A DNA stretch of 64,000 bases, from NCBI GenBank assembly GCA_007135125.1, contig SLJK01000057.1, positions 3,612 to 67,611 on the forward strand. The letters are read 5' to 3'. Below, in pieces: positions 9,575 through 18,427 of this stretch. The notes beneath the pieces are model-generated. The model had not been told where the DNA came from. It did not search any database and was given only the letters and a program-made list of their open reading frames with translations. A program made the translations under genes and the position numbers. The stretch is from Syntrophomonadaceae bacterium. GTDB taxonomy: Bacteria > Bacillota > Dethiobacteria > DTU022 > UBA8154. Each line of letters begins with the position of its first letter. The stretch's first letter is position 1.

Positions 9575-10190
9575 GTGAGAACTGTTAAATTGTGCTATAA
9601 TTCTGTTGGATGTAGGTGGTGCAGTATCCTAGTTGGCAAACACTTCTGAAAACGGGCCTAAAAATCCGTTTAAGGGCACATCAATGAAGTCCCTGGTGCT
9701 GGCCGCTGAAGCCCAGTTGGGGGCTGGTGCTGGGGGTTAAGAAGGATGGGGCGATCTACAAAGGCATGTAGGCGTTGACCCTACCTTCGCGGAGACCTAA
9801 GATGGTGGTTCTTATCGAAAGGTAAGTTCTACTGCTTGGGGAAGAACCTGTGTGAGGCAGACGCTTTGCACAGTGTAGCCTGCCTTGAGTGGTGACGGGG
9901 GATAAGTGCTGTCTTTCAGGACTGGGAAACCGTCATTGAAAAGAGGCTAGGAAGTGTTCAATGCCAGCGAGGAAAACTCCTAGGCTGTTCCCATGGGGAG
10001 GCTCTATGGGGATTAAAGTGTGGTCTTAGTGGTAATCCAGCCCTGCTGTTGGCAACATGGCAGAGATGCTCTTAAAAGGTAACTGCCTTTCCGGTGACGG
10101 TGGGTGGGCATCTGGGAAATCCTGCTGGACCTTAAGCCGCAAAGTTTACTCATAGGGCTGCCACCTGCGTCTTTTTGTTATATCGTTGAG
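9575..10190 (+). ncRNA. ole: OLE (ornate large extremophilic) RNA, about 600 nt
   Basis: A ~630-nt gap with no ORF between ispA and a 4-TM membrane protein gene (oapA) that sits directly upstream of dxs. This is the characteristic ispA-ole-oapA-dxs-tlyA-nadK-recN arrangement described for OLE RNA loci. The sequence is GC-balanced and structured-looking. I could not run a covariance search. Confidence 0.7.
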
Positions 10191-10198
10191 GTGTTTAT

Positions 10199-10777
10199 TT
10201 GGCCAGAAGAACTGCAAAACAGAAAAAACGTGCATTGCGCTGGGCAATTATGGTTACTTTTTGGACTTTTCTGGTAGCCTTCGTTTTTGCACTGACCATG
10301 CGCTTCATTCTTCATGGTATACAGTCGATCATTATTTCTTTCCTGCTTCTTTTATTTATTATTTTTATCGGCGTACTCTTCGATACTATAGGCACGGCAG
10401 TAACAGCTGCCAACGAAACGCCGTTCCATTCCAAAGCCTCCAAAAAAGTTTATGGTGCGCAAAAAGGGATTTACCTGGTCCGGTATGCTGACCAGGTAGC
10501 TAACTTTTGCAATGATATGATTGGGGATATTAGCGGCGTGGTTAGCGGCGTGGTTGGTGCAGTAATTATTTTCAACCTGGTCCTGGCCCGGCCGGAACTG
10601 AGTGAAATATATTTAAGTATTATTTTAACCGCCGTAGTGGCTGCACTAACCGTGGGGGGAAAAGCGCTAGGAAAATATTTAGCAATCAGCAGGCCCACAG
10701 AAGTAGTGTTATTGTTTGCCCAGGTGCTTACCACTATAGAAAAAGTATCTTTAAGAAAGAAACAAAACAGGTATTAA
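10199..10777 (+). CDS. oapA: OLE-associated protein A (small polytopic membrane protein)
   Basis: 192 aa with about 4 predicted TM segments. TTG start after GAGGTG. Position immediately 3' of the OLE candidate and 5' of dxs. Confidence 0.65.
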   Translation: MARRTAKQKKRALRWAIMVTFWTFLVAFVFALTMRFILHGIQSIIISFLLLLFIIFIGVLFDTIGTAVTAANETPFHSKASKKVYGAQKGIYLVRYADQVANFCNDMIGDISGVVSGVVGAVIIFNLVLARPELSEIYLSIILTAVVAALTVGGKALGKYLAISRPTEVVLLFAQVLTTIEKVSLRKKQNRY

Positions 10778-10786
10778 ATTAATTAG

Positions 10787-12697
10787 GTGACGAAAAGCGG
10801 TGATCAATTGAGCAAACTGTTATCTGACATAGAACATCCCCAGTCTTTAAAAAAACTCAATAGCCAAGAGCTCAATCAACTTGCCCAAGAAATAAGGGAA
10901 TTAATCATCAACGTTGTTGCAAAAAAAGGAGGGCATTTAGCTTCCAGCCTGGGAGTTGTAGAACTTACTGTTGCCCTGCACAGCATTTTCCAAGCTCCTA
11001 AAGATAAAATTGTGTGGGATGTTGGACACCAGTGCTATGCCCATAAAATTTTGACCGGCAGAAAAGATTTATTCCAGGAAATGCGCAGCCTGGGTGGAAT
11101 AAGCGGTTTTCCTCGCAGAGAAGAAAGTCCTTATGATCCTTTTGGTACTGGTCACAGCAGCACTTCTCTCTCGGCAGCGCTGGGGATTGCCTTGGCCAGA
11201 GATCTGCGCCAGGAAGATTATAAAGTTATAGCTGTCATCGGTGACGGAGCCTTAACCGGTGGAATGGCTCTGGAAGCGCTTAACTATGCCGGAGAAATCG
11301 ATACTGATCTAATTGCTATTTTAAACGATAATAAACTTTCCATTGACCAAAATGTGGGAGGGTTGCCATCTCACCTGGCCAGGTTAAGGTCAGACCCCAA
11401 ATATTATCGCTTAAAAGAGGAATTGGAATTTTTTTTGGAACGTATTCCAGCTATTGGCAAAACTATGTTACGTTCCGCAGAACGCTTAAAAGACAGCGTA
11501 AAATATCTCTTGGTACCGGGTGTTCTTTTTGAAGAACTGGGATTTACGTACTTAGGACCGGTTGACGGACATAATATTTATAATCTTCAAGATTTGATGC
11601 GGCAGGCGCAAAAAATAAAAGGGCCTGTATTACTGCATGCAGTTACTCAAAAGGGTAAAGGTTATTCCCTCGCGGAAAAAGAGCCCTGTTACTTTCATGG
11701 AATCGGTCCATTCCATAAAGATACCGGGAAATTGCTGGTATCAGATTCCTCCAGCATCTCATATAGTGAAATTTTTGGTTCCTCCTTATTAAAAATGGCT
11801 GAAGATGATGAATCTATCGTTGCCATAACCGCTGCCATGGCCAGCGGGACAGGTTTAGAACCTTTTTCCCAGAAATACTCCCAACGTTTTTATGATGTAG
11901 GAATTGCCGAGCAAAATGCTGTAACTATGGGTGCTGGTATGGCTGCAGGTGGACGAAAACCTGTCATAGCAATCTACAGTACTTTTTTACAAAGAGCTTA
12001 TGATCAGATCCTGCATGATGTCTGCCTGCAAAAATTGCCTGTTGTTTTTGCCATTGACAGGGCAGGTGTTGTAGGAGAAGATGGTGAAACGCATAACGGC
12101 CTTTTTGACTATGCTTACCTCCGACATATGCCTGAAATTGTAGTAATGGCACCCACAAATGGCCAAGAAATTACCGCCATGCTTAAAACTGCTCTTACAC
12201 TGCAGGGACCTTCTGCAATAAGATATCCCAAGGGAAAAACATCGCCCCTTTCAAGTACAAAGATAGAAACATTGCTTCCTGGCAAAGGGGTTCTAGTAAA
12301 AGAAGGCAATGATCTTCTTATCCTGGCAGCAGGATCAATGCTTCCACGGGCCTTGGAAGCCTGGGAAGCGTTAAAACGGGAAAATATTTATTGTAGTGTT
12401 ATTAATCCGCGTTTTATTAAACCACTGGATAAAGAATTAATCTGTAAATGGGCTCAAACCTGCAAAAAAGTACTGACAGTAGAAGAGCATGTGTTAGCCG
12501 GAGGTTTTGGCAGTGCTGTCTTGGAGCTTTTTGAAGAAGAAAACATGACACAAATCAAAGTTAAACGTATGGGCATAAAGAATCCCTTTACAGGACAGGG
12601 CAGTCGAGAACAGATTTTAAAGCTAAATGGTCTTTCTACTGAGGGGATTGTGCAGGAGGCGATAAAGCTCTGTCAGGCAACGGCAAACATAAATTAA
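10787..12697 (+). CDS. dxs: 1-deoxy-D-xylulose-5-phosphate synthase
   Basis: 636 aa with TPP-binding GDG...N region (IGDGALTGGMALEALN) and transketolase-like C-terminus. The start may be the downstream in-frame TTG (MSKLLSD...). Confidence 0.9.
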   Translation: MTKSGDQLSKLLSDIEHPQSLKKLNSQELNQLAQEIRELIINVVAKKGGHLASSLGVVELTVALHSIFQAPKDKIVWDVGHQCYAHKILTGRKDLFQEMRSLGGISGFPRREESPYDPFGTGHSSTSLSAALGIALARDLRQEDYKVIAVIGDGALTGGMALEALNYAGEIDTDLIAILNDNKLSIDQNVGGLPSHLARLRSDPKYYRLKEELEFFLERIPAIGKTMLRSAERLKDSVKYLLVPGVLFEELGFTYLGPVDGHNIYNLQDLMRQAQKIKGPVLLHAVTQKGKGYSLAEKEPCYFHGIGPFHKDTGKLLVSDSSSISYSEIFGSSLLKMAEDDESIVAITAAMASGTGLEPFSQKYSQRFYDVGIAEQNAVTMGAGMAAGGRKPVIAIYSTFLQRAYDQILHDVCLQKLPVVFAIDRAGVVGEDGETHNGLFDYAYLRHMPEIVVMAPTNGQEITAMLKTALTLQGPSAIRYPKGKTSPLSSTKIETLLPGKGVLVKEGNDLLILAAGSMLPRALEAWEALKRENIYCSVINPRFIKPLDKELICKWAQTCKKVLTVEEHVLAGGFGSAVLELFEEENMTQIKVKRMGIKNPFTGQGSREQILKLNGLSTEGIVQEAIKLCQATANIN

Positions 12698-12789
12698 CTG
12701 AACGCGACGGAAAAACTAAAATTCGCCTTGACATATTCCTGGTAGAAAGTGAACTTGCACCAAATCGCAGCAAGGCTCGCGGGGAAATA

Positions 12790-13530
12790 ATGGCTGGCAA
12801 TGTATACGTGGATAATATCAAGCAGGACAAGCCCGGTTTTCTTGTTTCTTCTAAATCAAAAGTTGAAATTAGGGGTAAGTGTAATCCTTACGTTAGCAGG
12901 GGCGGGTTAAAACTGGAGAAAGCCCTGCAAAGCTTTTCTGTTTCCCTTACAGGAAAAACGGTACTGGATATCGGCGCATCTACAGGAGGCTTTACAGATT
13001 GTGCCCTGCTGCACGGGGCAGCTAAGGTTATCGCTCTGGATGTTGGTTATGGACAGTTGGATTGGAAATTAAGAAATCATCCGGATGTAGTAATCATGGA
13101 ACGTTTTAATGTGAGATATTTGAATGAGAAGCATCTACCTTTTAAACCGCAAGTAGCAACAGTTGATGTATCATTTATATCTTTGAAATTGGTACTGCCA
13201 GTCCTTTTTTCTTTAGAGTTCGAACAAATTATTGCCCTGGTAAAGCCCCAGTTTGAAGCTTCCCCTGACCGGGTAGGAAAACGGGGAGTTGTCAGGGATT
13301 TAAACATACATAAAGAAATTCTGGAAAAGGTAGTTGATATTTCCGTTGAACACAATTATATCGCACAGAACCTTACCTACTCTCCGATAAAGGGACCACA
13401 AGGCAATATTGAATACTTTATTTATCTAGAAAAGCCTAAAAACAAGGCAAGTGACACGGTACATCAGGAACCAAAGTCTTGTTTATCTGTTGAAAATGTA
13501 GTTCAGGAAGCTCACCGCAAATTATATTAA
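12790..13530 (+). CDS. tlyA: TlyA-family 16S/23S rRNA 2'-O-methyltransferase (hemolysin A-like); true start lies upstream of the listed ATG
   Basis: FtsJ-like methyltransferase core (DIGASTGGFTD). The S4 domain (IRLDIFLVESELAPNRSKARGEIMAGNVYVD) is encoded in frame upstream of ATG 12790, where no ATG/GTG/TTG exists. Confidence 0.8.
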   Translation: MAGNVYVDNIKQDKPGFLVSSKSKVEIRGKCNPYVSRGGLKLEKALQSFSVSLTGKTVLDIGASTGGFTDCALLHGAAKVIALDVGYGQLDWKLRNHPDVVIMERFNVRYLNEKHLPFKPQVATVDVSFISLKLVLPVLFSLEFEQIIALVKPQFEASPDRVGKRGVVRDLNIHKEILEKVVDISVEHNYIAQNLTYSPIKGPQGNIEYFIYLEKPKNKASDTVHQEPKSCLSVENVVQEAHRKLY

Positions 13531-13589
13531 AATTCACAATTAAAGGTGCATAAAACCATTTACTGGTGCAATGAAGGAGTGGTTCCTCT

Positions 13590-14438
13590 TTGTTTAAAGG
13601 TATAGGAATTGTCCCAAACTGGCAAAAAAATAATGTGCCGGAAGTTTTGGAGGAGATAAAATCTTTTTTCCGAAAACAAGATGTTCCTGTTTTTGTTGAG
13701 CCTGCCGCAGAACCTCTATTAAACCTGCCCACCCCTGTTATGGAATTCTCCGCATGGTCTAAAACTACAGACCTGGTTATTGTTGTCGGCGGTGATGGAA
13801 CTTTTTTGAGAGTAGCCAGGGAGTTAGCTCATACTTCACTGCCAATCTTGGGAATTAATTTAGGACATAAGGGGTTTTTGGCAGAGATTGAAGTTGATAA
13901 ATTGCTTCCCTCTTTACAAAAGCTGCTCGACGGCAATTTTTGCACAGGGGAACGGATGATGTTAAATACAGAAATTATCAGAGACAACCAGTCCATTGCT
14001 TCTTTTCTCTCCCTGAACGATGTGATCATTTCCAGGGGACCTTTTTCCAGGATTATTAAGTTGGATACCTACATAAATGAAGATTTTCTGGAAAGTTACC
14101 CTGGCGATGGAATGATTATCGCGAGCCCCACGGGCTCAACTGGTTATTCTCTTTCTGCAGGTGGCCCCATAGTTCACCCAGGCCTAAATGTTTTAGTAGT
14201 TACTCCCATATGCCCCCATCTACTCTACCAACGTTCTGTAATAGTTGACAAAGAAGATATTATTTCTATTGACGTAGCGACTTCTTCTGCAAAAATTTTT
14301 TTGACACTGGATGGGCAGGAGGGATTTTCCCTTAGCTATCGTGATTACATAAAAGTCCGTAAGGCAGACTATGTAACAAAAGTAATAACTTTTCCTGAAA
14401 ACAATTTTTATAAATTGCTGCATGATAAACTGATCTAA
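13590..14438 (+). CDS. nadK: NAD kinase
   Basis: GGDGT motif (VVGGDGTFL) and NE/D short motif. TTG start after GAAGGAG. Confidence 0.85.
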   Translation: MFKGIGIVPNWQKNNVPEVLEEIKSFFRKQDVPVFVEPAAEPLLNLPTPVMEFSAWSKTTDLVIVVGGDGTFLRVARELAHTSLPILGINLGHKGFLAEIEVDKLLPSLQKLLDGNFCTGERMMLNTEIIRDNQSIASFLSLNDVIISRGPFSRIIKLDTYINEDFLESYPGDGMIIASPTGSTGYSLSAGGPIVHPGLNVLVVTPICPHLLYQRSVIVDKEDIISIDVATSSAKIFLTLDGQEGFSLSYRDYIKVRKADYVTKVITFPENNFYKLLHDKLI

Positions 14439-14521
14439 TTAACTAACCCGGGAAACCCACTTATTTATGTAGAGCCATACCTTAACTAAGATCGATAGCT
14501 TTAATTAAAGGCGGTGTATTT

Positions 14522-16225
14522 GTGCTCTTAATGCTTAATTTGCGTGATTTTGCACTGATCGATTCTCTTACCCTGGATTTTTATCCCGGGTTGAATGTCC
14601 TAACTGGAGAAACCGGGGCAGGAAAATCAGTTATTATCGGTGCGATTGGTCTTATTTTGGGCGAAAGGGCTTCGACTGAGCATATAAGGGCTGGCAGCGA
14701 GCAGGCTTTTCTGGAGGCAGTTCTTTCTTTAGCTGATGCTCCTTCCCAGCTTAAAACAATAATGGAGCAGCATGGGATACCTGTTGAGGAAGAAATTATT
14801 ATATCCAGGGAAATATCTATAAGTGGTCGCAATATCTGCCGCGTAAACGGGCGCACCGTACCTCTAACGACACTAAAAGAACTCGGAAATTACTTAATTG
14901 ACCTTCACGGGCAGCACAGTCATCAATCTCTTCTGAAAACCGAGAGGCATCTTTTTCTTTTAGACGAGTTTGGTGACCTTGAGCTAATACAAACCAAACA
15001 AAAGCTCCAGAAACTATATGATCGGCGTCAAGAGGTTGCCGAAAAATTAAATTACCTGGGTGCCAGTGCGGATGAAAGGCTGAGACAGCTTGAATTGCTG
15101 CGATTTCAAAGGGACGAAATTATGAGCGCTTCTGTGAGTGCTGCCGAAGAACAAGAGCTATCTAAAAGACTTTCCCTGTTAGATAACAGGGAAAAACTAC
15201 TTCAAGTTTTAAACAAAGCCTATAACGATATATATGGTGGTGAATCATCCTCTATTTCTTGCCTGGACACTATAAATAACATTCAAGCAGAGCTTTCTTC
15301 TTTCAGCGACCTGGACTCTCAGATCGCTTATTTTGTGGATTCATTGGAACAGATAAGCGTCAGCCTTAATGAACTGGGACATGACTTATTTGGTTATCTG
15401 GAAAATTTAGAAGTTTTTCCCCAGGAAAGAGAAGAAATTGAAAGCAGGTTGGAATTGTACCGTCGCCTAAAAAATAAATACGGTGCTACGGTGGAAGAGC
15501 TGCTTTCCTTTGCTTCACGGTGCAAGCAAGAACTTGAAGCGCTCGAAGAAAACGAAAATAAGGCACTGCAGCTGGAAAAAGAACTGCAAGCCATAGAAGA
15601 GGAACTGCACAATGTTTCAGAACACCTTACTTCTATGCGGAAAAATGTTGCCCATCTACTGGAAAAAGAAGTTCAATCCATCATTGAGGAACTGGGTATG
15701 GAAAAGGGACGCTTTCATGTAAACATTTCTTCGCAAAACTCGATACAGCGTTCCGGAAAAGAAAAGGTGGAGTTTTTATTTTCTGCCAACCCGGGCGAAC
15801 CGCTAAAATCACTGGCCAAGATTATCTCTGCTGGTGAAATGTCTAGAGTTATGCTGAGCTTAAAATGCATACTGGCCAAGCAGGACAATATCCAGACCCT
15901 TATCTTTGATGAGATTGACAGCGGAATTGGCGGGAGGACTATCCAAAAGGTTTCAGAAAAAATGGCTAGTTTGGGCAATAATCACCAGGTAATTTGTGTT
16001 ACTCACAGCCCGCATATAGCTAGCGCAGCTCATCATCAATTTTATATTTTTAAAGAATTTAGGGAGGAACGGACGGTAACCTTTGTCGAGAAAATTAGCG
16101 GGGAAGAAAGGCTTTCAGAGATAGCACGTCTTTTAGATGGAGAAAGTACAAGCACAATTACCAGAAAACATGCACAGGAACTTTTACAAAAAGCAAAATA
16201 TATGGCAAACAATCAGGAGCATTAA
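14522..16225 (+). CDS. recN: DNA repair protein RecN
   Basis: Walker A (GETGAGKS), long coiled-coil, C-terminal signature/Walker B region. Probable start at ATG 14531. Confidence 0.9.
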   Translation: MLLMLNLRDFALIDSLTLDFYPGLNVLTGETGAGKSVIIGAIGLILGERASTEHIRAGSEQAFLEAVLSLADAPSQLKTIMEQHGIPVEEEIIISREISISGRNICRVNGRTVPLTTLKELGNYLIDLHGQHSHQSLLKTERHLFLLDEFGDLELIQTKQKLQKLYDRRQEVAEKLNYLGASADERLRQLELLRFQRDEIMSASVSAAEEQELSKRLSLLDNREKLLQVLNKAYNDIYGGESSSISCLDTINNIQAELSSFSDLDSQIAYFVDSLEQISVSLNELGHDLFGYLENLEVFPQEREEIESRLELYRRLKNKYGATVEELLSFASRCKQELEALEENENKALQLEKELQAIEEELHNVSEHLTSMRKNVAHLLEKEVQSIIEELGMEKGRFHVNISSQNSIQRSGKEKVEFLFSANPGEPLKSLAKIISAGEMSRVMLSLKCILAKQDNIQTLIFDEIDSGIGGRTIQKVSEKMASLGNNHQVICVTHSPHIASAAHHQFYIFKEFREERTVTFVEKISGEERLSEIARLLDGESTSTITRKHAQELLQKAKYMANNQEH

Positions 16226-16330
16226 AGACCCTACTACCTTTGTTTTATTTTCTATATAAAAGGATTTCATGGCACCTTTGTGGAATAACTTATTCATATT
16301 TCTGGATTTTTATTTAAGGGGTATACATTT

Positions 16331-17218
16331 ATGGAAGATCTGCTACAAAATTTTATTTACTACCTCTCTGTTGAAAAAGGACTGGCTCAAAATACCCTGG
16401 ATTCATACCGGCGTGATCTGAAAAAATTTACTCAATACTTGAAACGCCACCATATAACCGATGCAAAGGCTATTTCCAGAAAAAATATTTCCAATTATTT
16501 ACTTGAACAAAAAGAGTTGGGACATTCTTCTTCCACCATATCCAGGAATATAGCATCAATCCGTTCTTTTTTCCAGTTTCTTCTCATAGAACAGAAAATA
16601 AAGGATAATCCCTGTTCAGATCTGGATTCACCAAAGGCAGAAAAAAAACTTCCACATATCATATCTGCAAAGGACATTGATCTCCTTCTTGAGCAACCTC
16701 AAATAGGAGATATAATAGGAAGACGGGACAAGGCCATGTTAGAATTGCTTTATGCTACCGGTGTTAGGGTTACAGAACTTGTTTCACTGAATGTGGAAGA
16801 TATAAACTTAAAAATGGGTTTTCTGCGATGTAATGGAAAAGGGGGAAAAGAACGGATGGTCCCCTTAGGTTCGCTGGCTATAAAGAGTCTGCAGGACTAC
16901 CTTCGCAGCAGCAGGCCAGGTATACTTAAGAAAAGTGATAATAAGGCGCTTTTTGTCAATCAACATGGAAAACGTTTAACCAGGCAGGGATTCTGGAAGA
17001 TTTTAAAGAAGTACTGTCAAAGAGCAGGAATAAGTGGTGATATAACCCCCCATACTCTGCGCCACTCTTTCGCAACTCACTTGCTGGAAAACGGGGCTGA
17101 TCTACGGTCAGTACAGGAGATGTTGGGGCATGCTGACATTTCAACTACCCAGATTTATACCCAGATTAACAGAAGGAAAATACAGGAAATATATAATCAA
17201 ACTCATCCCAGGGCTTGA
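16331..17218 (+). CDS. xerD: Tyrosine recombinase XerD (chromosome dimer resolution)
   Basis: R..HxxR..Y catalytic region (HTLRHSFATHLLENGADLRSVQEMLGHADISTTQIYT). Conserved xerD-deoB-pdp neighbourhood. Confidence 0.85.
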   Translation: MEDLLQNFIYYLSVEKGLAQNTLDSYRRDLKKFTQYLKRHHITDAKAISRKNISNYLLEQKELGHSSSTISRNIASIRSFFQFLLIEQKIKDNPCSDLDSPKAEKKLPHIISAKDIDLLLEQPQIGDIIGRRDKAMLELLYATGVRVTELVSLNVEDINLKMGFLRCNGKGGKERMVPLGSLAIKSLQDYLRSSRPGILKKSDNKALFVNQHGKRLTRQGFWKILKKYCQRAGISGDITPHTLRHSFATHLLENGADLRSVQEMLGHADISTTQIYTQINRRKIQEIYNQTHPRA

Positions 17219-17236
17219 ATAAGGAGTGCAGCGTCC

Positions 17237-18427
17237 ATTCATAAAAACAGGGCTATTATCATTGTTTTAGATGGCGCAGGTGTAGGGGCTTTACCTGATT
17301 CCTTCAATTATGGGGATGAAGGAAGCAACACCCTTGGTCACATTCTTTCTTTAAGAGGGGATATGTACTTACCAAATCTGTTTTCACTGGGTCTGGAATC
17401 TATTCTTGGTTTGAAAAAAGGAGCAGAGGAAGAATACAAGGGAGCATTCGCTAAAATGGCACAACTTTCCCCTGCTAATGATACTACGTCAGGTCACTGG
17501 GAGCTGGCAGGACTCGTTCTGAAAAGCGCCTTCCCTGTTTATCCCCGGGGATTTCCGCAGGAAATAGTATTGTTATTCGAAAACTATATTGGCCGCAAGA
17601 TCCTTGGTAATGTTGTTTCATCAGGCACTGAAATTATTAAGCAGTTAGGAAAGAAGCATTTGCAGACGGGATTTCCTATCTTATATACCTCCGCAGATAG
17701 TGTTTTTCAACTGGCAGCTCATGAAAAAATAATTCCACTGGACACGTTGTATAACTGGTGTAGATTCGCGCGGGAAAATATTTTGGTTGAAGAACATGCA
17801 GTGGCAAGAGTCATCGCAAGGCCTTTTAATGGCGAAGAAGGTAATTTTTGGCGTACAGATGGCCGACGAGATTTTTCACTTGAGCCACCTGAACCCACCG
17901 TGTTGGACCTGTTAGTAGATTCCGGATTACAGGTATGGGCAGCTGGGAAAGTCAAAGATATTTTTGCCGGAAAGGGCGTAACTGTTCATCTTCCCGCATC
18001 GGGCAACGACAATATCATAAACTCAGTTACTACTGCACTGGAAAAAGATTTTAGCGGCCTTTTATGGGCTACCCTGGTCGATTTTGATATGTTATATGGC
18101 CATCGAAATGATGCAGCTGGCTTTGCAGATGCATTGGAAAATTTTGATCAGCAGCTTGGTGTGCTTATGCAAAAGGTCAAGAAAGATGATATCCTTTTCA
18201 TTACTGCTGATCACGGTTGTGATCCGACTTTTCAAGGGACAGACCATACCAGAGAATATGTACCGCTTTTCGTTTATGGTGAAGGAGTACAGCCGGTAGA
18301 TCTTGGTATACGGAAGAGCTTTGCAGATCTGGGACAGACTATAGCAGACATTTTAGGTTGTCAAAATACCAAAAACGGAAAGAGTTTCGCAGTAGAGTTG
18401 TTTGACAGGGGAGATGTAAATCTATGA
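17237..18427 (+). CDS. deoB: Phosphopentomutase; apparent AUU start
   Basis: The ORF track starts at an internal ATG (17363). The conserved N-terminus (IHKNRAIIIVLDGAGVGALPDSFNYGDEGSNTLGH) is in frame upstream. The frame is closed by the xerD stop at 17216. The only plausible initiator is ATT 17237, 10 nt after AAGGAG. Confidence 0.7.
   Translation: MHKNRAIIIVLDGAGVGALPDSFNYGDEGSNTLGHILSLRGDMYLPNLFSLGLESILGLKKGAEEEYKGAFAKMAQLSPANDTTSGHWELAGLVLKSAFPVYPRGFPQEIVLLFENYIGRKILGNVVSSGTEIIKQLGKKHLQTGFPILYTSADSVFQLAAHEKIIPLDTLYNWCRFARENILVEEHAVARVIARPFNGEEGNFWRTDGRRDFSLEPPEPTVLDLLVDSGLQVWAAGKVKDIFAGKGVTVHLPASGNDNIINSVTTALEKDFSGLLWATLVDFDMLYGHRNDAAGFADALENFDQQLGVLMQKVKKDDILFITADHGCDPTFQGTDHTREYVPLFVYGEGVQPVDLGIRKSFADLGQTIADILGCQNTKNGKSFAVELFDRGDVNL

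Noticed and set aside
9564-10198. Possible TPP or cobalamin riboswitch upstream of dxs (AATGCCAGCG-like fragment seen)
   Set aside because: The core CUGAGA/ACCUGAUCUGGAUAAUGCCAGCGUAGGGA TPP elements and the B12 box are absent. The length (~600 nt) and the ispA/oapA/dxs synteny fit OLE RNA better.
16331-17218. Treating the tyrosine recombinase as a mobile-element integrase marking an island
   Set aside because: The sequence and the xerD-deoB-pdp neighbourhood match the housekeeping chromosome-dimer resolvase XerD. No att repeats or phage genes are adjacent.
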